DNA of 64,000 nucleotides from Paludibacteraceae bacterium (GTDB lineage: Bacteria; Bacteroidota; Bacteroidia; Bacteroidales; Paludibacteraceae): assembly GCA_045599285.1 (NCBI GenBank), contig JAZRVR010000022.1:23036-87035 (forward strand). The letters run 5' to 3'. A program made the translations under genes and the position numbers. Every line of letters begins with the position of its first letter. The stretch's first letter is position 1. Of the stretch, positions 17,962-28,309 are shown one piece after another. Below the pieces are notes generated by a model, which was given only the letters and a program-made list of their open reading frames with translations, searched no databases and had not been told where the DNA came from.

Positions 17962-19770
17962 GTGGAAGAATTAAAGCATGAATGTGGCGTGGCGATGATT
18001 CGCCTGCGAAAGCCCCTCCAGTATTATCAGGAGAAATACGGCACTTGGATGTACGGTCTGAATAAACTCTATCTCCTCATGGAGAAGCAGCACAACCGTG
18101 GTCAGGAAGGAGCCGGACTGGCTTGTGTCAAATTGAGTGCGGAGCCTGGCGAGGAGTTTATGTTCCGAGAGCGAGCACTTGGCAGTACTGCCATTACAGA
18201 GATCTTTACCGAGGCACAACGCAAGATTCACGAGTTTACGCCCTCCCAATTGCAGGATGCCGGCTTTGCGGAGCGTTTCATTCCGTATGCCGGAGAAATG
18301 TATATGGGGCACTTGCGCTACTCCACTACCGGACGTAGTGGCATCAGTTTTGTGCACCCGTTCTTGCGGAGAAACAATTGGAGGGCGCGCAATCTCTGCC
18401 TGTGTGGCAACTTCAATATGACCAATGTGAGCGAGGTTTTCGAGGACCTGAAGGCGATTGGTCAGCACCCTCGCATCAATGCCGATACCTATATCATGCT
18501 CGAGCAGGTGGGACATCGTTTGGATAGAGAGTCCGAGCGTTTGTGTCAGCAGGCGATGGAGATTGGGCTCAAGGGCATGGATGTTACTGACTATATCGAG
18601 CATCATCTGGATACCAGAAATGTGCTCCGTCAGTCGGCTGAGAAGTGGGATGGAGGATATGTGATTTGCGGACTGACCGGTAGTGGCGAGAGTTTCGCCA
18701 TTCGCGACCCGTGGGGAATCCGTCCTGCGTTCTGGTATGCCGATGACGAGGTTATGGTGCTTGCCAGCGAACGTCCTGTTATTCAGACTACTTTCAATCT
18801 GGAGGTCAATCAGATCAACGAACTCCTGCCCGGACAGGCACTCATGATGACGCACGAGGGAAAACTGCGATTGAGCCAAATCCTGGAGCCCAAACGATTG
18901 CAGGCGTGCTCGTTCGAGCGCATCTATTTCTCGCGTGGTTCGGATCAGGACATCTATCAGGAGCGCAAGGCTCTGGGAGAACAATTGGTGCAACCCGTTT
19001 ATGAGGCTATCAATCAGGAAGTTTCAAATACAGTCTTTAGTTTCATCCCCAACACAGCAGAGGTCGCATACTATGGTCTCTGCGAGGGCTTTGAGAAACG
19101 CAATTTCCCTGTACGTCGAGAGAAAGTTGTGCTGAAAGATATCAAGTTGCGCACTTTCATTACAGAGTCCAATTCTCGTAATGACTTGGCGGCACACGTG
19201 TATGATATCACTTATGGAGCAATTCGCCCGTATGAGGATAATCTGGTGGTAATTGATGATAGTATCGTACGTGGTACAACGCTCCGAGAGAGTATTATTC
19301 GCATCTTGGATCGACTGCATCCCAAGCGAATGGTTATTGTTAGTTCTGCGCCGCAGGTTCGTTACCCGGATTACTATGGCATCGATATGGCGAATCTGTC
19401 TGAGTTTATCGCCTTCCGTGCTGCGATAGCATTATTGCAGGAGAGAGGTGATTGGCAACGTATCCATGATGTGTATCGCAAATGCGTCGCACAACGCGGA
19501 TTACCTAAGGAGCAGATTGTTAATTATGTACAGGAGATATATGCTCCATTTACCGATTCCGATATATCCGACAAGATGGTCGAACTCCTGCGACCGCAGG
19601 GGGTTGATACCGAGATACATCTTGTCTTCCAGACTGTGGAGGGACTCCATCGTGCTTGCCCCAATAGTCTCGGAGATTGGTACTTCTCAGGAGATTATCC
19701 TACGGCTGGTGGACTCAAACTCCTGAACGAGGCATATATTCATTTTGTGGAAGAAAATTTCAAACTATAA
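17962..19770 (+). CDS. purF: amidophosphoribosyltransferase (glutamine PRPP amidotransferase, long Bacteroidota type)
   Basis: 602 aa. It has N-terminal KHECGVAMIRL (Ntn-amidotransferase Cys after a short propeptide) and the PRPP-binding loop LVVIDDSIVRGTT. The start is GTG in the track. Confidence 0.85.
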   Translation: MEELKHECGVAMIRLRKPLQYYQEKYGTWMYGLNKLYLLMEKQHNRGQEGAGLACVKLSAEPGEEFMFRERALGSTAITEIFTEAQRKIHEFTPSQLQDAGFAERFIPYAGEMYMGHLRYSTTGRSGISFVHPFLRRNNWRARNLCLCGNFNMTNVSEVFEDLKAIGQHPRINADTYIMLEQVGHRLDRESERLCQQAMEIGLKGMDVTDYIEHHLDTRNVLRQSAEKWDGGYVICGLTGSGESFAIRDPWGIRPAFWYADDEVMVLASERPVIQTTFNLEVNQINELLPGQALMMTHEGKLRLSQILEPKRLQACSFERIYFSRGSDQDIYQERKALGEQLVQPVYEAINQEVSNTVFSFIPNTAEVAYYGLCEGFEKRNFPVRREKVVLKDIKLRTFITESNSRNDLAAHVYDITYGAIRPYEDNLVVIDDSIVRGTTLRESIIRILDRLHPKRMVIVSSAPQVRYPDYYGIDMANLSEFIAFRAAIALLQERGDWQRIHDVYRKCVAQRGLPKEQIVNYVQEIYAPFTDSDISDKMVELLRPQGVDTEIHLVFQTVEGLHRACPNSLGDWYFSGDYPTAGGLKLLNEAYIHFVEENFKL

Positions 19771-19771
19771 T

Positions 19772-20890
19772 ATGAGAAAGGTTACCCTAAAACTTTCAGA
19801 CGGAACTTTATTTCATGGTACCAGCTTTGGATACGAAATGCCAATTGCTGGAGAGGTGGTCTTTAATACTGCGATGGTTGGCTACCCCGAGAGTCTCACA
19901 GACCCGTCCTATGCTGGACAATTGATGGTGCTCACCTATCCTTTGGTGGGCAATTATGGTGTCCCTGAGTTTAGTATGGAGAGCAATGGATTGGCTACTT
20001 TTATGGAGAGCGACAAAATCTATGCTTCCGCTATCATCGTGAGTGACTATTCTACCGAGTTTTCCCACTGGAATGGCAAGGAGACTCTGGCAGATTGGCT
20101 TCAGCGAGAGCATGTGCCGGGCATCACGGGTATTGACACGCGTGCCCTCACTATGCGTCTGCGTGAGCAGGGAGTCATGATGGGACAAATCATTTTCGAT
20201 GACGAACCTGCTAATATCCCGAGCGCTATGTATGGTGGAGTTAATTTCGTGGATCAAGTCTCTGTCAAAGAGCCGATTACCTACAAACCAGTTAACCAAT
20301 TCACCGATTTACCAGTTCAACATCACACTAAACGCGTCGTCTTGGTGGACTGTGGCGTGAAGCACAATATCCTGCGTTGTCTCATCAATCGTGGCGTTGA
20401 GGTGATTCGCGTACCGTGGAATTATGATTATACACAGATGGACTTTGATGGACTGTTCCTGAGCAATGGACCTGGCGACCCCAATACATGTGATGCTGCG
20501 GTTCAGATCCTGCGCGCGTATATGAATAAGGAGTCAAAACGTGAGACTCCACGTCCTTTGATGGGTATTTGCATGGGTAATCAGTTGCTCGGTAAGGCGG
20601 CTGGAGCTACTATTTACAAACTCAAATATGGACATCGTAGTCATAATCAGCCGGTTCGTGAGGTAGGTACAGAGCGTTGCTTCATTACAAGCCAGAATCA
20701 TGGTTATGCCGTGGATACGGATACATTGGGAGAGGATTGGGAACCATATTTCATTAATATGAATGATGGCTCCAACGAGGGAATACGTCATAAGTCGCTT
20801 CCTTGGTTCTCCGCGCAATTCCATCCGGAAGCTTGTTCCGGACCCGTTGATACAGAGTTTTTGTTTGATAAGTTTATTGCTCTATTATGA
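19772..20890 (+). CDS. carA: carbamoyl-phosphate synthase small (glutaminase) subunit
   Basis: FNTAMVGYPESLTDPSY, the catalytic GICMGNQLL, and HRSHNQPV. The ATG at 19772 lies 1 nt after the purF stop. Confidence 0.9.
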   Translation: MRKVTLKLSDGTLFHGTSFGYEMPIAGEVVFNTAMVGYPESLTDPSYAGQLMVLTYPLVGNYGVPEFSMESNGLATFMESDKIYASAIIVSDYSTEFSHWNGKETLADWLQREHVPGITGIDTRALTMRLREQGVMMGQIIFDDEPANIPSAMYGGVNFVDQVSVKEPITYKPVNQFTDLPVQHHTKRVVLVDCGVKHNILRCLINRGVEVIRVPWNYDYTQMDFDGLFLSNGPGDPNTCDAAVQILRAYMNKESKRETPRPLMGICMGNQLLGKAAGATIYKLKYGHRSHNQPVREVGTERCFITSQNHGYAVDTDTLGEDWEPYFINMNDGSNEGIRHKSLPWFSAQFHPEACSGPVDTEFLFDKFIALL

Positions 20891-23800
20891 GAAACGATAC
20901 AATTAAGAAGGTACTTGTTCTAGGTTCTGGCGCACTTAAAATTGGTGAGGCCGGAGAGTTCGACTACTCTGGTTCACAGGCTCTTAAAGCCTTGCGAGAG
21001 GAGGGGATATTCACAATCCTCATCAATCCTAATATTGCTACCGTGCAAACTTCCGAGGGAGTTGCAGACAAGATTTATTACTTGCCAGTTAATCCTTTCT
21101 TTGTCGAGAAGGTGATTAAAAAGGAGCAACCGGACGGTATTCTGCTCAGTTTTGGTGGACAAACTGCTCTCAACTGTGGCGTAGAACTATTCAAATCCGG
21201 CGTGCTGGCTCGTCATAATGTCCAGGTGCTCGGTACTCCGGTACAGGCTATCATCGATACCGAGGATCGTGAACTCTTTGTGGAGAAACTCAACGAGATA
21301 GATGTCAAAACCATCAAGAGCGAAGCATGCGAATCCATTGATGCTGCTGCCGCTGCTGCCGCTGAACTGGGGTATCCGGTCATCATTCGTGCCGCCTATG
21401 CCTTGGGAGGATTGGGATCTGGATTCTGTGACAACGAGCAAGAGTTGCGCACTTTGGCGGAGAAAGCCTTCGCGTTCAGTCCGCAGGTCTTGGTTGAGAA
21501 GTCGCTCAAGGGATGGAAAGAAATTGAGTATGAGGTTGTTCGTGACCGATACGACAATTGTATCACGGTCTGCAACATGGAGAATTTCGACCCGCTCGGC
21601 ATCCATACAGGTGAGAGTATTGTGATTGCTCCTTCACAGACACTTACCAATAGCGAGTACCACAAACTCCGTGCCTTGGCAATCAAGATTATACGCCATA
21701 TAGGTATCGTTGGTGAGTGTAATGTGCAATACGCTTTTGACCCCGAGAGCGAGGATTATCGTGTGATTGAGGTCAATGCGCGTCTCTCTCGTTCTTCTGC
21801 ATTGGCATCCAAGGCTACGGGGTATCCTCTGGCATTCGTGGCTGCTAAGCTGGGCTTGGGCTATGGCCTGTTTGAACTCAAAAATAGCGTGACAAAGACT
21901 ACCAGCGCATTCTTTGAGCCTGCTTTGGATTACGTTGTTTGTAAGATTCCACGTTGGGATTTGGGTAAGTTCCGAGGCGTTGATCACGAGTTGGGCAGTA
22001 GTATGAAGTCCGTTGGTGAGGTGATGGCAATTGGTCGCACTTTTGAGGATGCTATCCAGAAAGGACTGCGTATGATTGGACAGGGCATGCATGGTTTCAC
22101 CGAGAATAAAAAGATGATTACCGATGACTTGGATCACGCCTTATCTGCTCCTACCGACAAACGTATCTTCTTCTTATCCAAGGCGATGCACGCCGGTTAT
22201 AACGTGGATCGCCTGCACGAATTGACCAAGATTGATAAGTGGTTCCTGCAGAAACTGATGAATATTGTGCGCACGGACTTTGAACTTCGTGCCGTCAAGA
22301 ATATCAATACGTTGGAGAAGGATCTTCTCCTTAAAGCTAAGGTTCAAGGATTCTCAGATTTCCAAATTGCAAAGGCGCTGGGACTGAATGCCGAGATGTC
22401 TATGGATAAGGCTGTTCTGTTTGTCCGTAATTACCGCAAACGCCTTGGAGTCGTTCCTGTCGTCAAGCAGATTGATACGCTGGCAGCCGAGTATCCGGCA
22501 CAAACCAATTACCTCTATCTTACCTATTCGGGTGTGACCAGCGATGTACAATATCAGGGAGATAAACGATCTATCGTGGTGCTCGGATCGGGTGCTTATC
22601 GTATCGGCTCATCGGTTGAGTTTGACTGGTGTGGTGTGCAGGCGCTCAATACCATTCGCCAAAATGGATACCGTAGCGTGATGATTAACTACAATCCGGA
22701 AACGGTCTCTACCGACTATGATATCTGCGATCGTTTGTATTTCGATGAACTGACTTTCGAGCGAGTGATGGATATTTTGGAACTGGAGAATCCGCACGGA
22801 GTTATTGTATCTACGGGAGGTCAGATTCCGAATAATCTGGCGATGAAATTGGATGCGCAGCGTGTTCCTATCTTGGGTACAACGGCGCAATCTATCGATA
22901 ATGCTGAGGATCGAGACAAGTTCTCTGCCATGTTGGATCGAATTGAAGTCGATCAGCCTGAGTGGAGTGCCCTCACCAGCATGGAGGATGTGGATAAATT
23001 CATTGAGCGAGTTGGATTCCCTGTTCTGGTTCGTCCATCCTATGTGTTGAGTGGAGCGGCTATGAATGTGTGTGCGGATCGAGACCAATTGGTTCAGTTC
23101 CTGCGCTTGGCGGCTGATGTCAGCAAGGAGCATCCTGTGGTCATTAGTAAGTTTATGGTCAATACCAAGGAGGTTGAGTTTGATGGCGTAGCCAGAAATG
23201 GCGAGATTATTGCTTATGCAATCTCTGAGCATGTGGAGTATGCGGGCGTACATTCTGGTGATGCCACCATTATGTTTCCTGCACAGAAATTGTATGTTGA
23301 GACTGTCCGTCGTATCAAGAAAATATCCGGTCAGATTGCTCGCGAACTCAAAATTTCGGGTCCATTCAATATCCAATATCTTGCCAAGGAGAATGAGATT
23401 AAGGTGATTGAGTGCAACCTCCGTGCCAGTCGCTCTTTCCCATTTGTCAGCAAGGTACTGAAGATCAACTTGATTGATATTGCCACTCGCATCATGCTCG
23501 GACTTCCTGTTGAAAAACCGAACAAGAGTCTCTTCGACTTTGATTATGTGGGAGTTAAGGCGTCACAGTTTAGCTTCAATCGCCTGCAAAAAGCCGACCC
23601 TGTCTTGGGCGTTGATATGGCATCTACGGGCGAGGTAGGATGCTTGGGTGAGGATGCCAATGCGGCATTACTGACATCTCTTATGTCTGTCGGCTTGCGT
23701 GTTCCCAAGCAGAATGTGCTCTTCTCTGTGGGAGGCAGCAAGCACAAGGCCGAACTGGTGAATGCTGCGCGCCAACTGCATGAGCATGGATATACCGTCT

Positions 23801-24117
23801 ATGCTACACCTGGTACGGGTGACTTCTTCCGCGAGGCTGGAATTCCTGTGAAGATTGTATATCAGGCAAAAGATGGTGATATGCAACCACAGGCAATTGA
23901 CCTCCTCCATCAGAAGGTTATCGAACTGGTGGTTGGTATTCCAAAGGATATTATCACAGATCCAATGGGACATGTCAGCTATCCACTCCGACGTGCTGCA
24001 ATTGACCTCAATATCCCTTTGATTACCAATACTCGTCTGGCTTCGGCTTTTATTACCGCGTTCTGCACGCTCTCGCCGGATGACCTGGATATTCGTTCCT
24101 GGGATGAATATAAATAA
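20887..24117 (+). CDS. carB: carbamoyl-phosphate synthase large subunit
   Basis: 1076 aa with duplicated ATP-grasp halves (VLVLGSGALKIGEAGEFDYSG... and IVVLGSGAYRIGSSVEFDW...). It overlaps the carA stop by 4 nt. Confidence 0.95.
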   Translation: MRNDTIKKVLVLGSGALKIGEAGEFDYSGSQALKALREEGIFTILINPNIATVQTSEGVADKIYYLPVNPFFVEKVIKKEQPDGILLSFGGQTALNCGVELFKSGVLARHNVQVLGTPVQAIIDTEDRELFVEKLNEIDVKTIKSEACESIDAAAAAAAELGYPVIIRAAYALGGLGSGFCDNEQELRTLAEKAFAFSPQVLVEKSLKGWKEIEYEVVRDRYDNCITVCNMENFDPLGIHTGESIVIAPSQTLTNSEYHKLRALAIKIIRHIGIVGECNVQYAFDPESEDYRVIEVNARLSRSSALASKATGYPLAFVAAKLGLGYGLFELKNSVTKTTSAFFEPALDYVVCKIPRWDLGKFRGVDHELGSSMKSVGEVMAIGRTFEDAIQKGLRMIGQGMHGFTENKKMITDDLDHALSAPTDKRIFFLSKAMHAGYNVDRLHELTKIDKWFLQKLMNIVRTDFELRAVKNINTLEKDLLLKAKVQGFSDFQIAKALGLNAEMSMDKAVLFVRNYRKRLGVVPVVKQIDTLAAEYPAQTNYLYLTYSGVTSDVQYQGDKRSIVVLGSGAYRIGSSVEFDWCGVQALNTIRQNGYRSVMINYNPETVSTDYDICDRLYFDELTFERVMDILELENPHGVIVSTGGQIPNNLAMKLDAQRVPILGTTAQSIDNAEDRDKFSAMLDRIEVDQPEWSALTSMEDVDKFIERVGFPVLVRPSYVLSGAAMNVCADRDQLVQFLRLAADVSKEHPVVISKFMVNTKEVEFDGVARNGEIIAYAISEHVEYAGVHSGDATIMFPAQKLYVETVRRIKKISGQIARELKISGPFNIQYLAKENEIKVIECNLRASRSFPFVSKVLKINLIDIATRIMLGLPVEKPNKSLFDFDYVGVKASQFSFNRLQKADPVLGVDMASTGEVGCLGEDANAALLTSLMSVGLRVPKQNVLFSVGGSKHKAELVNAARQLHEHGYTVYATPGTGDFFREAGIPVKIVYQAKDGDMQPQAIDLLHQKVIELVVGIPKDIITDPMGHVSYPLRRAAIDLNIPLITNTRLASAFITAFCTLSPDDLDIRSWDEYK

Positions 24118-24189
24118 CCCATTTGAATACTAAAACTGCTCCCACCCGGAAAGAGCCTCCCCTGTGAGGAGGTTGGTGGGGTTTCATAT

Positions 24190-25143
24190 ATGGTTGCACT
24201 TAATTCAACAAACTTCAACTTGCCGGGACAAACCGGTGTGTACAATGGAAAAGTTCGTGATGTCTATTTCCTAGGCGACGACCGTCTTGTGATGGTTGCA
24301 TCCGATCGTATCTCTGCTTTTGATGTGATTCTGCCGAAGGGTATTCCTTTCAAGGGGCAGGTTCTCAACCAGATTGCCGCTAAGTTTCTGGACTTGACGT
24401 CCGACATCGTTCCTAACTGGAAGCAGGCTACGCCGGATCCTATGGTTACTGTTGGTGTACGTTGCCAGGGGTATCCTATAGAGATGATTGTGCGTGGTTA
24501 TCTTTGCGGTAGCGCTTGGCGTGCGTATAAGTCTGGTGTACGCGAGATTTGTGGTGTCGCCTTGCCGGATGGTATGCGCGAGAACGAGAAATTCCCTTCA
24601 CCTATCGTTACACCTACCACCAAGGCGGAGATTGGTTTGCATGACGAGGACATATCGCGTGCCGAGATTATCTCGCGTGGACTCATTCCTGCTGACGAAT
24701 ATGATCAATTGGAGAAATATGCATTAGCCCTTTTTGCTCGTGGACAAGAGATTGCAGCCAAGCGTGGCCTAATCTTGGTGGATACCAAGTACGAGTTTGG
24801 TAAAAAGGATGGTCAAATTCTACTCATGGACGAAGTGCATACTCCGGATAGTAGCCGTTATTTCTATGCCGATGGTTACGAGGCGCGTTTTGCTGCCGGC
24901 GAACCACAACGCCAACTCAGCAAGGAGTTCGTGCGCGAGTGGCTTATGGATAATGGCTTCCATGGCAAGGCCGAACAAGCCGTTCCTGAGATGACCGACG
25001 AGATTGTTTCGGGCATCACAGCGCGCTATGTCGAGCTCTACGAGGCTATTACTGGTGAAAAAATAGAGTTGACCGATTCAGTCAACTCTGAGGCAGAACT
25101 GGCAGCACGTATTGAGAGCAATATTGCTGCTTATTTGGCATAA
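24190..25143 (+). CDS. purC: phosphoribosylaminoimidazole-succinocarboxamide (SAICAR) synthase
   Basis: 317 aa: [29 protein letters not shown]. Confidence 0.9.
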   Translation: MVALNSTNFNLPGQTGVYNGKVRDVYFLGDDRLVMVASDRISAFDVILPKGIPFKGQVLNQIAAKFLDLTSDIVPNWKQATPDPMVTVGVRCQGYPIEMIVRGYLCGSAWRAYKSGVREICGVALPDGMRENEKFPSPIVTPTTKAEIGLHDEDISRAEIISRGLIPADEYDQLEKYALALFARGQEIAAKRGLILVDTKYEFGKKDGQILLMDEVHTPDSSRYFYADGYEARFAAGEPQRQLSKEFVREWLMDNGFHGKAEQAVPEMTDEIVSGITARYVELYEAITGEKIELTDSVNSEAELAARIESNIAAYLA

Positions 25144-25167
25144 TTTGCTGTCTGTCTGGCTTTTTAG

Positions 25168-25201
25168 GATACAGCTCAACTATTGTACGTTGAGCTGTAT
25201 C
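25168..25201 (+). terminator. terminator hairpin of purC that overlaps the last codons of the convergent GH2 gene
   Basis: GATACAGCTCAAC-TATTGTAC-GTTGAGCTGTATC forms a perfect 13-bp stem followed by TTTGCATTTTT. Confidence 0.7.
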
Positions 25202-27786
25202 TTTGCATTTTTCAGTCCCTTACCGCTAACGGTTAGCGTGCCGTTCCCTGCAATCTGAGTAGCCTCTACTACTACCACCGATTCGCCATGAAAAGCTTTC
25301 ATCGTTGGTTGGGTGAATACCTCTAGCGAGGTGGCATCGCCGTTGCAGCACGAGTTGAAACGAATGGACTTTCCTTTGGTACTGAAGTTTAACTGGTTGT
25401 CGGCATCAGGACACAGATTCCCATCTTTATCTACCACACGTACTGTGACAAACGCCAGGTCGGGTGTGTCCAATGCTTTACCTTGATTATCAATGGGTAA
25501 CGCGGTCAGATTAGCGCGATCCACTTGCAGTTCTATGTGGTGTGCTTTGCCTGCTGTGCGTACTATTTCTTCTGCGGCTTGATTGCCCAGACTGTCGTAG
25601 GCTACCACACGAATCTCGCCCGGTTCGTAGCGAACATCCATCCAGCGTAGGCGATAGCGATTCAGTCGGTTCTTGTCTTCTGCTGCGTTCGGGTTGGCGA
25701 ACTTTGTGACGTCTCCCCATGGGGTAGGAACGTCTATGCGATCCTCGTTGTATTCGTCCAGCGAGAGATCTATGTGACGACGACGTCCTTGGGATTTGCC
25801 GTTTACAAAGAGTTCGGCCTCTGGATAGGAGGTGTAGCAGAATACGGGCGTCACTTCGCCTTCTCTGCCTTTCCAGTTCCAGTGTGGCAATACGTGCAGG
25901 GTCTCCTTCTCAGGAGCCCAATGTACACGATAGAGATAGGCGCGATCCTTGGGTAGTCCGGCTAAATCGTATATGCCGAAATAGCTGGAGCGTGAGGGCC
26001 AATACTCGTCATATGGGGTAGGCTCGCCGAGGTAATCAAAGCCCGTCCACACAAATTCTCCTATCACCCATGGAGCCTTGTCTTGCCACATCCAATCGTC
26101 ATCCGGAAGGTTGCTCCAGATGCATGATTCGATGTCATAACTGGATATTTGTCCGTCCTCATACGCGTCGCCATAGTTCTCCACCACAGGGAATTTATAC
26201 ACACCTCGGCTGGATACTGTCGAGCAGGTTTCGCTACCTAACAGTATCCCCTTTGGCGAACTCTCGTGCCCTTTGTTGTAGAGGTGTAGTCGGTAGTTAA
26301 ATCCTGGAATATCAGTCGATTGGAATACACCACTCCATATAGCGGCGTCTCCTTTGTCCATACCCTGCGTGCACGGACGCGTTGGATCAAGACGATGTAT
26401 GCAATCTTGGATTTTCCTTGTGTAGAGTAGCCCCAGTTCGCTGCCTTGCTCGGGAATCTCATTGCCGATACTCCACATGATGATAGATGGGTGATTGCGA
26501 TGTACGCGCACCAGATTGGTGAAATCGCGTTCCCACCATTTTTCAAAGAAACGCGAGTAGCCGTTTTTGCATTTTGGATAAACCCACATGTCGCACGACT
26601 CTGCCATTACGAGCATTCCTTCCTCGTCGCAGATGTCCATTTGCCACGGAGCCGGCATGTTGTGGCTGGTGCGAATGGCATCGCAACCTATCTCCTTGAG
26701 TAGTGCCACCTGACGACGGAAGGCCGCTTTATTGAAGGCTGCTCCCAGAGGACCAAGGTCGTGGTGCAGACACACGCCTTTGAACTTGCGTAGTTTGCCA
26801 TTCAGTTTAAACCCCTCCGCCGTGTATTCTGCCAATCGGATGCCGGTACGTGTGGTTTGACGATCCAGTACCTCACCATCGCTTACTACCTCAGTCTCAA
26901 TGGTATAGAGTGTCGGGTGTTCAGGTGACCATAGAGCAGCATGGGGGATGTTCAGCACGAGTGTCGTCTCCAGACTGGCTGGCAAGGTCTGCTCCTTCGT
27001 TGCCACTACCTGTCCCTGCGCATCCACAAGGCGATGACGAACGACTAATTTCCAACTCTCTATCGGTAGTCCTTTGCGTACGTTAGTGGTAACGGTCAGT
27101 AATGCCTGCTCCGCCTGCGTGGCATCCTCGTTGATGCCATCCAATCGTGTTGTGCGAGCAAATATTCCCCAGGTTTCAACGCCCACGCTGCCACTTAGTA
27201 CCAGTCGTACCGGACGATAAAGTCCTGCGCCTGGATACCAGCGACTGGACTCCTCTATGTTCTGCAGATGGATAGCCAATGTATGCTCGCCTGGCAGCAA
27301 TCGCCCTTCGATTGAGCGGTCGCGTGGCAAGGCATTGGTGATGTCTATTGCAAATGTGTTATATCCGTATGCCCAATAGCCAACCTCCTGACCATCAATG
27401 TATAAACGGGGCTCTGACATGGCTCCATCTACTATCAGTTCTGCGTGACAATAGCCTTGCGGAATGGTAATCTTGGTGCGATACCATCCTTCTCCTATCC
27501 AGGGCAAACTGCCGCTTCGGCCGGTCTTCTCTGTGGCCTCGGTTTCGCCGTTCTGCTCGATGGCAACGAGTTGTTTGTCTATTTCTTTGTCAAACGGACC
27601 GCTGATAGCCCAATCGTGTGGAATAGATACCTCTTGCCAGCGAGAGTCGTCGTATTCTTTGGTTTCGGCACCTGTTTGACTGCCTTTTGCGAAGCGCCAT
27701 CCACTCAGTAGTAGTTGTTCGTGGGTTGTCGCGTACGTGCACGTACAAATTGTTAATAGGAGTGCAAAAAATGGAATGTGTTTCAT
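25180..27786 (-). CDS. glycoside hydrolase family 2 (beta-galactosidase/beta-glucuronidase-like), secreted
   Basis: Signal peptide MKHIPFFALLLTICTCTYA, then LLLSGWRF, then NHPSIIMWSIGNE (GH2 acid/base region). The start is moved to ATG 27786 because the -7 box (27823-27830) overlaps the upstream ATG at 27825. Confidence 0.85.
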   Translation of the reverse strand: MKHIPFFALLLTICTCTYATTHEQLLLSGWRFAKGSQTGAETKEYDDSRWQEVSIPHDWAISGPFDKEIDKQLVAIEQNGETEATEKTGRSGSLPWIGEGWYRTKITIPQGYCHAELIVDGAMSEPRLYIDGQEVGYWAYGYNTFAIDITNALPRDRSIEGRLLPGEHTLAIHLQNIEESSRWYPGAGLYRPVRLVLSGSVGVETWGIFARTTRLDGINEDATQAEQALLTVTTNVRKGLPIESWKLVVRHRLVDAQGQVVATKEQTLPASLETTLVLNIPHAALWSPEHPTLYTIETEVVSDGEVLDRQTTRTGIRLAEYTAEGFKLNGKLRKFKGVCLHHDLGPLGAAFNKAAFRRQVALLKEIGCDAIRTSHNMPAPWQMDICDEEGMLVMAESCDMWVYPKCKNGYSRFFEKWWERDFTNLVRVHRNHPSIIMWSIGNEIPEQGSELGLLYTRKIQDCIHRLDPTRPCTQGMDKGDAAIWSGVFQSTDIPGFNYRLHLYNKGHESSPKGILLGSETCSTVSSRGVYKFPVVENYGDAYEDGQISSYDIESCIWSNLPDDDWMWQDKAPWVIGEFVWTGFDYLGEPTPYDEYWPSRSSYFGIYDLAGLPKDRAYLYRVHWAPEKETLHVLPHWNWKGREGEVTPVFCYTSYPEAELFVNGKSQGRRRHIDLSLDEYNEDRIDVPTPWGDVTKFANPNAAEDKNRLNRYRLRWMDVRYEPGEIRVVAYDSLGNQAAEEIVRTAGKAHHIELQVDRANLTALPIDNQGKALDTPDLAFVTVRVVDKDGNLCPDADNQLNFSTKGKSIRFNSCCNGDATSLEVFTQPTMKAFHGESVVVVEATQIAGNGTLTVSGKGLKNAKIQLNVQ

Positions 27787-27822
27787 GATATCATGGTTTG
27801 AAATTAAATTCGGTTTTGTGTG

Positions 27823-27854
27823 CAAAATTACAAAAATTGTACGATATATGCAAG
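27823..27854 (-). promoter_or_regulatory. sigma-A type promoter for the GH2 gene
   Basis: Minus strand reads CTTG-CATATATCGTACAATTTTTG-TAATTTTG with a 20-nt spacer. Confidence 0.5.
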
Positions 27855-27900
27855 AAAAAAGTGTTTTCTTTCATAAAAATGCATTTTTTCTGCCCGAAAA

Positions 27901-27932
27901 TTTGCGTATGTCAAAAAAATGTAGTACTTTTG
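27901..27932 (+). promoter_or_regulatory. sigma-A type promoter of the leader-tRNA-Leu(-rpsU) transcript
   Basis: TTTG-CGTATGTCAAAAAAATGTAG-TACTTTTG with a 20-nt spacer. Confidence 0.6.
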
Positions 27933-27944
27933 CACGATTTTTTC

Positions 27945-28125
27945 GCGAAAGCCCCTCTCCACTCCGTGCGCGAGTGCGGCGAACCACTAGCGGTATTTCC
28001 CTTAATTGGGGTCCCCGTCAACTGCTAGTGAGCAACGCGAACGATAGTTGATGGGGGAGAGCGGAGCCCACAAGCACTTAATGCTGCATCGCAGCAGTCC
28101 GTGTGCGAGTGCGGCGAACGCGAAG
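27945..28125 (+). ncRNA. candidate structured 5' leader or small RNA co-transcribed with tRNA-Leu (unclassified)
   Basis: About 180 nt lie between the predicted start and the tRNA with no credible ORF. The 22-nt module TCCGTG(C/T)GCGAGTGCGGCGAAC occurs twice (27963-27984 and 28098-28119), each folding as CCGUGY-GCGA-GUGCGG (GNRA loop). There is an 11-bp helix 28013-28023/28046-28056 and a 6-bp hairpin at 28082-28096. Confidence 0.3.
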
Positions 28126-28207
28126 GCCCAGATGGCGGAATCGGTAGACGCGCTGGTCTCAAACACCAGTGGAGCAATCCGTGCCGGTTCGACCCCGGCT
28201 CTGGGTA
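28126..28207 (+). tRNA. tRNA-Leu (anticodon CAA), class II with long variable arm
   Basis: GCCCAGA-TG-GCG..CGC-G-CTGGT-CTCAAAC-ACCAG-TGGAGCAATCCGT-G-GCCGG-TTCGACC-CCGGC-TCTGGGT-A. It is 82 nt and CCA is not encoded. Confidence 0.9.
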
Positions 28208-28293
28208 CAATAGTAACTTTTTAAGGGTCATGCGGAAGACTTAAACAACCGCCATCCACTCACAAGTCCGTAAATCGGATCAGAGTAAAGCGA

Positions 28294-28302
28294 AAGGAGG
28301 TG
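28294..28302 (+). promoter_or_regulatory. strong Shine-Dalgarno-like element upstream of rpsU
   Basis: AAGGAGGTG, with GGAGG ending 9 nt before the ATG at 28310. I found no comparable purine block upstream of the other starts I inspected in this window. Confidence 0.6.
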
Positions 28303-28309
28303 CCTAAAG

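Noticed and set aside
24141-24185. A nested hairpin lies after carB (CCCACC...CCTCC-CCTGTGA-GGAGG..GGTGGG); it could be a terminator or attenuator before purC.
   Set aside because: The stem is interrupted by a 9-nt internal loop and is followed only by GTTTC rather than a U-run. purC starts 5 nt later with no promoter motif in between, so read-through co-transcription seems more likely. It is too weak to call.
27945-28125. Is the leader before tRNA-Leu a known RNA (6S, SRP/4.5S, RNase P RNA, tmRNA, riboswitch)?
   Set aside because: I could not find the hallmark elements. There is no GGAA-capped SRP domain IV with AGCA loops, no GAGGAAAGUCC RNase P motif and no tRNA-like 3' end with a tag ORF. 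The 5' and 3' ends are direct rather than inverted repeats, so no 6S-type closing stem forms. It is left as an unclassified candidate.
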